From a virus (taxonomy: Duplodnaviria; Caudoviricetes), in IMG/VR virus record IMGVR_UViG_3300025396_000041, positions 1 through 34,458 of that record: DNA of 34,458 nucleotides; one strand, given 5' to 3'. Made by a program: the position numbers and the translations under genes. Below, piece by piece: positions 9,504 through 16,249 of the stretch (within the stretch, counting starts at the first letter, position 1; each line of letters starts with the position of its first letter). The notes under the pieces are model-generated. The model made no database searches and had not been told where the DNA came from. It saw only the letters and a list, made by a program, of their open reading frames with translations.

Positions 9504-9511
9504 TATTTATC
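9504..9511 (-). promoter_or_regulatory. Putative late promoter GATAAATA, 5 nt before the portal ATG
   Basis: Minus strand reads TAA-GATAAATA-TATCT-ATG, with no SD. Confidence 0.65.
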
Positions 9512-11959
9512 TTAATGTCTAGCTTGCGTTAGTATTTGTTCGTTCACATCCAACACTTTACGTTGTTCACTAATCATGTCATCAAACTTGTCGGACATCA
9601 TTTCCATCATATCACTAAAGATTCTAATCAACTCATTTGAGTTTGATCCACTAGAACTTTGAACAAAATCACTCAAATTGTTTTTTGTAACTTGACTTTG
9701 TGAGCTAGAGTTATCTTTCATTTCTTTGTGAAAATTGTTGAAATAACTCATAGGAACAACTGCTTCTTTACCATGCAACTCAACTTGATAACCTGTAGTA
9801 GGCCCATTAAAGACTCCACCACTTCTTGCACCCGGAGCACGAGCATGGAAATGATGACCAGTCGATATGCTATCATTTTCTCCCTTCTGACCCTCTTCTT
9901 CAATCATAGTTTTATTTGGATCAAACCCATTCTTTTTCAAGTAATCCAATAATTTTTTTTCACCATCTGAACCAGGTGTAATAGGGTATGCAATGTTGTC
10001 TTCAGGATTAGTCCAAACTGTGTTTTCCGGTACCGTAAAGTCAACGTCCGTTCCTCTTCCATGACCACTCATTGTTGCCACATGTGACATTTTACCTTGT
10101 TTATCCCTGAAAGTTTCAGCGTCATTTAATGAAGTAATAACTGCTCCAGGAATAATTTTAGCCAATTGATTCAATGTATTTTGTAGGGCGGGCGTGATGG
10201 GTCCATTACCATAATTTTCTTTGGCCCTCAATGTGTCAGGAATTACAGGTGATGCACCTCCATTTTTTACTATACTTTCATTAGCTAATTTTTGTTCTAG
10301 CGGTGATTGATTTGTCTCACTTTCTCTTTTCTTACGTTCTAGATCGGCAATTTTTTTATCAATTTCTGCAATATCTTTAGCATTGAGGTTTTTACCCAAA
10401 GGTGTTGTTGACAATGCTTCTCTGTCAGCTTTTAACTTATTAATCTCTTTATCATACGCATCTACATCTTCTTTCATTGAGATTATTAGCTCGTTAACTT
10501 GGTCTAAATCACTCATATCAACAAACAATGCACGTAGGTCAGGACCACCAAATTTATACAATAGGTCAGCAAATGTTTTACCCAAATTCAAAACAGTCTT
10601 TTGAAATTTTTCAAGTGCAGGGTTTATACCATCACGTAAAATAAGTTCAAATTTTTCGTATGCATTTCTTACCAAACGCTGAGTTCTACCCTGTTGTGTG
10701 TATTCATCTTGATATTGGTTCTCACTATCTTTGTTGTGTTTACCAAGTTGAGCAGCATATTCTTTAGTATTGATGTTTGCCCATTGATTTGCTTCAACTA
10801 AACCCTTACCTGCAAGTCCAAGGTCTTTCATTCCATCTTTTACTGGACTAATACTAGTACTAAATGTTTTTGTCGTAGTTATATACTGTTTTCCTGCAGC
10901 TTTCAATGCTTCTGCAAACTCAAGCTGTGCTTGTTCGGCTGGTAGTTTCGCGGCATTAATAATTCTACGTAAATTATTTGCACCATATGTCATATCTGCA
11001 TATACTGCAATATCATCAATTGAAGCACCTGCATTAGCAATAATAGATTTTAACCCTTCAGCAGCATCACCTGAATTAGCAACAAACATTTGCAAACGTT
11101 GTGCTTCTTTTGGATCACGAATTTCAGATAAAGCCATTTGATAACGCAAATCATTTTGATCTGCCAATATCTTCTGTTCTGTTTGGTCTTTGGTTTGTCC
11201 TGTAATTGATGTTAACTCTGCTAAAATAGTTAGATATTCTCTAGAACCTTTAGTAATATCTTCCTGAGACAGTTTACTTTTTTGACCAGTTGAAGCAACT
11301 AATCCTAACCAAAATGCGCCATGACGTAATGTATCTTCAGCGTCATACCCAAGGCGTTTTAGCATAAACTCGAACGGTGTTATACCATCTTGTCCTAGTT
11401 TTAATAATGACTTTCTACCACCCTCAACTGTACCTCCAAATGATGTAAGATATTTTGCATTGTCTTGAATAATTTTGGTGTATGTAGCACTACCCTCATC
11501 AACACTTAAACCTACACTTTGAATGTCCTGTGCTAGTTGTTTCCAATCAGCATTACCCAAGTCACCAATGTTGGTTAAACCTTTGTATGTTTTAGCTAAT
11601 GCTTCATTTTGTTTTAGTACACCACCTACAAGACCACCAAATGCAGATATTAAAAACCCAACACCCTTACCAAGAATACCCAACTCACCTGCAAACCCTG
11701 AAGCTGCATTTGCCGCACTACCTATACCTGCAGCATACTTACCAGTTCCCTCATCGGCAGATATCATTGCCTTTGAAAAAGCTCCCATTGCCACAACTGT
11801 ACGCAATGACTCCCTTGCAAGGTCTTCTAGTTTATCTTTGCTTTTATTAGCAGCACCACTGACGGCATTTTGGCTTTCAGCCAAAGGATCAGTTGCTTCC
11901 TTTAAGTCGTTTAATGCTTCAACTAATTTCTTGACTTCTTCGTTTAAATTTTCATCCAT
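9512..11959 (-). CDS. Tape-measure-like protein with C-terminal peptidase-M15-like domain
   Basis: Ala/Gly-rich hydrophobic N-terminal segment and long helical body. Contains SGHGRGTDVD and GHHFH motifs, then GGVFNGPTTGYQVELHGKEAVVP. Adjacent to a chaperone-like gene pair. Confidence 0.7.
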   Translation of the reverse strand: MDENLNEEVKKLVEALNDLKEATDPLAESQNAVSGAANKSKDKLEDLARESLRTVVAMGAFSKAMISADEGTGKYAAGIGSAANAASGFAGELGILGKGVGFLISAFGGLVGGVLKQNEALAKTYKGLTNIGDLGNADWKQLAQDIQSVGLSVDEGSATYTKIIQDNAKYLTSFGGTVEGGRKSLLKLGQDGITPFEFMLKRLGYDAEDTLRHGAFWLGLVASTGQKSKLSQEDITKGSREYLTILAELTSITGQTKDQTEQKILADQNDLRYQMALSEIRDPKEAQRLQMFVANSGDAAEGLKSIIANAGASIDDIAVYADMTYGANNLRRIINAAKLPAEQAQLEFAEALKAAGKQYITTTKTFSTSISPVKDGMKDLGLAGKGLVEANQWANINTKEYAAQLGKHNKDSENQYQDEYTQQGRTQRLVRNAYEKFELILRDGINPALEKFQKTVLNLGKTFADLLYKFGGPDLRALFVDMSDLDQVNELIISMKEDVDAYDKEINKLKADREALSTTPLGKNLNAKDIAEIDKKIADLERKKRESETNQSPLEQKLANESIVKNGGASPVIPDTLRAKENYGNGPITPALQNTLNQLAKIIPGAVITSLNDAETFRDKQGKMSHVATMSGHGRGTDVDFTVPENTVWTNPEDNIAYPITPGSDGEKKLLDYLKKNGFDPNKTMIEEEGQKGENDSISTGHHFHARAPGARSGGVFNGPTTGYQVELHGKEAVVPMSYFNNFHKEMKDNSSSQSQVTKNNLSDFVQSSSGSNSNELIRIFSDMMEMMSDKFDDMISEQRKVLDVNEQILTQARH

Positions 11960-11968
11960 AATATGACC

Positions 11969-11996
11969 GATAAATATTGGGTATATAGTATTTAGT
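11969..11996. promoter_or_regulatory. Oppositely oriented late promoter pair (GATAAATA on +, ACTAAATA on -)
   Basis: GATAAATA at 11969-11976 (+) and TATTTAGT at 11989-11996 (ACTAAATA on -) in the divergent intergenic gap. Confidence 0.65.
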
Positions 11997-12026
11997 ACCT
12001 AAAAACATGACATTCTAGGAGTAAAC

Positions 12027-12851
12027 ATGTCAGACAATCCACTTAAACAGTTTTTTCGCAGACCATCAGTATATCTAAAATTGCCTAGCGGGGGCCAAGG
12101 ATATCCTTTAGGATCAATTGATATTCCAGAGAACGGTGAAGTTCCAGTGTACCCAATGACTGCAATTGACGAGATTACAAGCAAAACACCTGACAGTTTG
12201 TTCAACGGTGCTGCTGTTGTTGAATTGATTAGAAGCTGTGTTCCTAGTATCAAAGACCCTTGGGCAGTTCCAAACATTGATTTGGATCCTATCTTAGTTG
12301 CAATACGTGCAGCAACACACGGTTCTACTATGGAGATCGAAACTAAATGCCCAAGCTGTGAAGAATATTCTAAGTTTGACGTTAATTTAACTGGTGTTCT
12401 TGCTGGATTTAATCCCGGTGACTATCAATCATTACTAGAGTTGGGAGACTTGAAAATCAAGTTTAAACCAATGTCATACAAACAAGTGAATGAAGCTAGT
12501 TTAAAACAATTCAATGTTCAACAATCACTAAGAACGGTAATGAATACAGAGGATGAAGACGAAAGAACCGCAAAAAGCGATATTTTGATGAAAGAGATAT
12601 TGTCACTAACAGTTGACTTGATTTCCACAACGATTGAATATATCAAAGCCCCAACAGCAACAGTGTTTGAACGTGAATACATCATTGAGTTTCTACGTGA
12701 ATGTGATGCTAAAACCTTTGACCAGATCAAAACCTATAGCACACAACTAAAAGAAAGCACTGAGAATAAACCATTGAACATTACATGTCCTCAATGCCAA
12801 CACGAATTTAAACAAGCATTCAATATCAACGTTAGTGATTTTTTCGACTAA
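12027..12851 (+). CDS. gp26: T4 gp26-like baseplate hub/tail assembly protein
   Basis: Motifs YLKLPSGG, VYPMTAIDE, DLDPILVAIRAATHG, two CxxC (CPSC, CPQC) and a C-terminal DFF. SD AGGAG. Confidence 0.8.
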   Translation: MSDNPLKQFFRRPSVYLKLPSGGQGYPLGSIDIPENGEVPVYPMTAIDEITSKTPDSLFNGAAVVELIRSCVPSIKDPWAVPNIDLDPILVAIRAATHGSTMEIETKCPSCEEYSKFDVNLTGVLAGFNPGDYQSLLELGDLKIKFKPMSYKQVNEASLKQFNVQQSLRTVMNTEDEDERTAKSDILMKEILSLTVDLISTTIEYIKAPTATVFEREYIIEFLRECDAKTFDQIKTYSTQLKESTENKPLNITCPQCQHEFKQAFNINVSDFFD

Positions 12852-12888
12852 GACTTTTAACTTTGGGTCCGGAGGAAGTTAAAAGTCT
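12839..12888 (+). other. Putative programmed -1 ribosomal frameshift signal
   Basis: Slippery heptamer T TTT TTC (12839-12845), 5-nt spacer, then perfect 13-bp inverted repeat AGACTTTTAACTT/AAGTTAAAAGTCT (12851-12863/12876-12888). The -1 frame is open into the next ORF. Confidence 0.8.
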
Positions 12889-13075
12889 ACTAGACAACAT
12901 GGAAAAAGAATGTAGTCAGATTAAGGCAGACTCACTTAAAATGGCATGGTATATGAGAGGTGGTATTTCATATGAAGATATCCTTAACCTCTCAATTAGT
13001 GAAAGACAAGCAATTAGTAAAATTATTGAAAGTAACTTGGAAACAACTAAGACAAGTAAATTGCCATTCTTCTAA
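12845..13075 (+). CDS. gp51: gp51-like domain, probably expressed as the -1 frameshift extension of the gp26-like protein
   Basis: WYMRGGISYEDILNLSISER resembles gp51/tail-chaperone T-type motifs. It is in the -1 frame of the upstream gene. Neither TTG 12863 nor ATG 12899 has a well-placed SD. Confidence 0.7.
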   Translation, partial: RLRLLTLGPEEVKSLLDNMEKECSQIKADSLKMAWYMRGGISYEDILNLSISERQAISKIIESNLETTKTSKLPFF

Positions 13076-13108
13076 GCCGTAACTATTCATTTATCACAAC
13101 TTAGGGTT

Positions 13109-13185
13109 AACACTAACGATGAGCTTCGCTCATCAACCTTCACTTATTTCTTCGCTTTGCTCAGAAATTACGCTCGGTTATTGTT
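13109..13185 (-). other. Branched hairpin element with GCGAAGC mini-hairpin (ssDNA signal or terminator)
   Basis: Outer arms 13109-13117/13177-13185 (8 of 9 complementary) enclose GATGAGC-GAA-GCTCATC and ATTTCT-GA-GC-AAA-GC-GA-AGAAAT (minus-strand reading). Confidence 0.55.
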
Positions 13186-13223
13186 TTGTATTCTTTTAGT
13201 AATTCTAGTAGTAATATCTTTAA

Positions 13224-13600
13224 GGGGAATACACTTGCCGCTTAGAAGCCATGGTAGTGCTGTTCAAGCACTACCATTGGATTAACTTGCCATGCCCGTC
13301 TTCCACGTTGTTTATACCCGTATATTCTGCCAACTTTACTAAGCAAATATACGCCACCGGTTGCCCTATAAGGTTTATGGTCTGTAGTTGAATATACGCA
13401 CGGTTTAGTGTTTCATTCTGCAACGCATGTTCTATACCATCAAAACAAAGTAGGTATAGACTCATTGAGAGTTCGCTGTTTACTCGATTGCTCTCTCGGT
13501 GTTCCACACAATCAAAAGATCATGTGCTCTTCTCCAGAATCTGACGGCACAGCACAATCTGTACAATCTCAAGGAGGACTGACAAACTCAGTCAACGAAT
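13224..13600 (-). ncRNA. Candidate large structured non-coding RNA (~380 nt), family not recognised
   Basis: At least five clear local stems and a 12-bp long-range helix. Several helices need G-U pairs that exist only in the minus-strand RNA. No credible ORF. Boundaries are approximate. Confidence 0.65.
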
Positions 13601-13615
13601 TAAGGGTTCTGTATA

Positions 13616-14146
13616 TTAATTATTTTGATTTTGACTTGGTGTCTGCGAATATGATTTTACTAAATCTTTGTTTTTGTTGAAAAAGTTAGAATGTTCCATG
13701 ATGATCCAATCGCCCCATTGCTTGCTACTGTATAGAATGCATGAATCTGCTTTCCATGTTAGCTTGCCTTGGACTGCGACATATTGACCCTTACGATTAA
13801 ACTTCATAAAAAGAAGATTTAAATCGCCTTCGTCTTCTACATCAAGTAGTTGCTCTAGCCACGAATCAAGTTGTTTACACTCACCCGTAAGAGTTAAGTG
13901 CCACGGAAAGTCAGCATAGAATTTGCATTCTATATTCATTCTACTGAAACTTTGTCCTGGAACAATGTCTCCTTTGAATGAACGAATCTGACCTTCGTGC
14001 AAGACTTCGGTTCTTGCTTGATTCTTGCCACCCACATATGCGCCGGAACCGGGAGCACGAATGAACGATTCTCCGTAAGTTTCTGATAGAAACTTGGCTA
14101 CTTCTCTTTCGTAACCTGAACCTTTGTTTTTCTGTGGACTTGGCAT
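13616..14146 (-). CDS. Holliday junction resolvase-like PD-(D/E)XK nuclease (Hjc-like)
   Basis: Motifs KNKGSGYEREVA, RAPGSGA, GDI, IECK. Lies downstream of gp47/gp46. Confidence 0.85.
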   Translation of the reverse strand: MPSPQKNKGSGYEREVAKFLSETYGESFIRAPGSGAYVGGKNQARTEVLHEGQIRSFKGDIVPGQSFSRMNIECKFYADFPWHLTLTGECKQLDSWLEQLLDVEDEGDLNLLFMKFNRKGQYVAVQGKLTWKADSCILYSSKQWGDWIIMEHSNFFNKNKDLVKSYSQTPSQNQNN

Positions 14147-14151
14147 ATAAC

Positions 14152-14159
14152 TACTTAGC
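14152..14159 (-). promoter_or_regulatory. Putative late promoter variant GCTAAGTA, 5 nt before the resolvase ATG
   Basis: Minus strand reads GCTAAGTA-GTTAT-ATG, the same spacing as at the portal gene. No SD. Confidence 0.5.
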
Positions 14160-14179
14160 TGTTGAAAACTTGCCCAATA

Positions 14180-16249
14180 TTATTCTATATCAGTAGAAGT
14201 TGCATAGTTTGTGAAACCGTTTTCTTTGACTACTTTCAGTACGCTAGGAACACGACCTGCAAGTTCCTCACGATGTGAAACTAGCCAAATACTCTTTTGT
14301 CTAGTTCTACTCATGTCTTTTAAGATAGCAATACTGTTTTCAACGCCCATTGTATCAAGTCCCGAGTCAATTAACTCGTCAATGAACAATGTGTTGATAG
14401 GAACATATAAACTTTCCCAAACATCACGGAAAGCAAAACTTAACCCCAAGATCAAGCGATTGCGCTCACCGCGGCTTAAATTGTCAAAGTCTAACTCACG
14501 TCCTAGTTCTGTAATCTCAACTTGTAAATCATTTTTGAATACAACATTGTGAGGTAACCCGATCTTGTCTAGGTAATGCGTCAAACGATTGTTTAGATAA
14601 CTCAAGTTTTGGTCAATAATCTTTTTACGAACAAAACTATCTTTGCTGGTCAATAAGTCAAGCAAGAACTTTTGATGTTCTAGTTTCTTGGTTAACTCAT
14701 TGATTTTGTTAAAGTCAACTGTTTGTAGTGCATCACTTTCCATTTCATTGATTTGCTCAGTATATGGATCAGTTTCAACCGCTTTGTCTTCTAATTGTTT
14801 TTCAACACTTGCTAGTTTGCTGCGATGCTCAACTGCCTTTTCTTCTGTGTCATATATTGTTTTAGGTTGTGTGCCTAGTACAACTTCAGGATGATCCAAC
14901 AACTGTTTTGCATAAGGATCAACTTCTTTTTGTTTTTCTAGTATCTTGTTTTGCAAGTTACTGGCTTCGCTACCATGACGAATTGCTTCTGCTTCTGATT
15001 TGTAATATGTCTTGGGCTTGTCACCGACAATAATTTCTTTATCGTTCAATTCGTTATATTGATTCAATAGTGTAGTAGCATGGAACTGTGCATCTTCCAA
15101 CATCTTTTCTTTGTCATTCAAGACTTTTTGATGTTGTTCATCATGGAACTCTTGTCCACACGCATAGCACTTGTGGTCATGCAATGTAGCAATCTCACTT
15201 GTTAGTTTTTGAATTAGTTTATTCTCTTTATCAATGTCTTTTGATAACCGAGCTAATTCTTTGTTCTTGTCTTCAAGTTCTTTACTCTTGATAGCATAGT
15301 CAGATAATTGACGATGTGCATTCATTTCCTCAACAATGTCAATTGTTTCAAGTTTAGTTAGTTGCTTTTGTAAACTTTCAATATCTTTAGTGTGGCGATC
15401 TTGCCACTCTGTTTGGAATGCAAGCAATCTATTGCGTGAATCATATGCAGTTTTCTTTTGATTCCAAATCACTAAGTCTTTGTGCGCTAGTAACTCTTTT
15501 TCAATATCAATGTTGCTTAGTGATTCATATGTGTCAGCAAGGAACGCAATATCACTATCATACTTTGCTTTCCAAAGACCACGTCTACGTTTCAAACTTT
15601 CAATCTGTTCTTTGACACGCTTGTTGGCTTCTTCAATTGCTTTGACTTTGAATTCTTCAACTTGAATGTCATCCTTGACATTCTTCATTAATTCTTTAAC
15701 TACTTCAGCCTTCTCACTTAGCATAGTGATACCAAGCAACTGCTCAATAATTTCACGCTGCTCATTATTTTTCAACGCTAAGAATGGAGTACTGTACGTG
15801 TTCAACACAACAATATGCTTGAACATTTCACTGCTCATGTGGATGATACGCTCAATTTCTGCTTGAGTTTCTTTGTTCTCACCTTGTGCATCATCAGTTT
15901 TTTTCAATGTATTGTTAACATAGAACTTAAGCACATTGGGTTTACGACCACGCTCAATCTTGTACTCAATACCATTCACGCTAAACTCTAATGTAACCAT
16001 CATATTTTTAGCGTTGGTTCTATTGACTAAGTTATCTTTGCGAATATCATTGATAGGAACGCCAAAAAGGGCATAACTTAATCCTTGAATCAATGTTGTC
16101 TTACCTGTACCATTACGAGCACCGTCGCCACCTAAGTCTAAGTTCTCACCTAGAATAAGTGTCAAATCTTGTTTGTTAAAGTCAACTGCTTGTGTTACTG
16201 CGCCAATTGATAGAAAGTTTCGTAATGTTATGTTTTTAAGTAGGATCAT
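14180..16249 (-). CDS. gp46: Rad50/SbcC-like recombination ATPase (T4 gp46-like)
   Basis: Walker A GARNGTGKT, CYAC zinc hook, LSRGE signature, Walker B LFIDE, VSHR. ATGA overlap with gp47. Confidence 0.95.
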   Translation of the reverse strand: MILLKNITLRNFLSIGAVTQAVDFNKQDLTLILGENLDLGGDGARNGTGKTTLIQGLSYALFGVPINDIRKDNLVNRTNAKNMMVTLEFSVNGIEYKIERGRKPNVLKFYVNNTLKKTDDAQGENKETQAEIERIIHMSSEMFKHIVVLNTYSTPFLALKNNEQREIIEQLLGITMLSEKAEVVKELMKNVKDDIQVEEFKVKAIEEANKRVKEQIESLKRRRGLWKAKYDSDIAFLADTYESLSNIDIEKELLAHKDLVIWNQKKTAYDSRNRLLAFQTEWQDRHTKDIESLQKQLTKLETIDIVEEMNAHRQLSDYAIKSKELEDKNKELARLSKDIDKENKLIQKLTSEIATLHDHKCYACGQEFHDEQHQKVLNDKEKMLEDAQFHATTLLNQYNELNDKEIIVGDKPKTYYKSEAEAIRHGSEASNLQNKILEKQKEVDPYAKQLLDHPEVVLGTQPKTIYDTEEKAVEHRSKLASVEKQLEDKAVETDPYTEQINEMESDALQTVDFNKINELTKKLEHQKFLLDLLTSKDSFVRKKIIDQNLSYLNNRLTHYLDKIGLPHNVVFKNDLQVEITELGRELDFDNLSRGERNRLILGLSFAFRDVWESLYVPINTLFIDELIDSGLDTMGVENSIAILKDMSRTRQKSIWLVSHREELAGRVPSVLKVVKENGFTNYATSTDIE

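Noticed and set aside
297-12730. Many short antisense or alternate-frame ORFs in the track (e.g. 3060-3461, 5542-5895, 6795-7334, 11523-11966), and similar ones over the right-hand genes
   Set aside because: They are shadows of long, well-supported genes with biased codon usage, and they lack RBS or motifs.
12863-12901. Independent initiation of the gp51-like ORF at TTG 12863 or ATG 12899
   Set aside because: The TTG overlaps the 13-bp stem and has no SD. GGAGG (12871-12875) is 23 nt from the ATG, too far. Disfavoured but not strictly excluded.
13224-13600. Assignment of the structured region to tmRNA, RNase P, group I/II intron, tRNA or hammerhead ribozyme
   Set aside because: I found no tRNA-like ends, GAGGAAAGUCC, P7-type GACUA/UAGUC pair, domain V or CUGAUGA..GAAA core, and the flanking genes are not split.
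13271-13680. ORFs 13271-13507 (-) and 13408-13680 (+) in the non-coding gap
   Set aside because: Non-ATG starts without convincing SD, no recognisable motifs and mutual overlap. The dense base-pairing explains the region better.
7729-16249. Inteins or introns in the portal or gp46 explaining their length
   Set aside because: No C/S...HN splice motifs or homing-endonuclease motifs were seen. The extra length is low-complexity tails (portal) and coiled-coil duplication (gp46).
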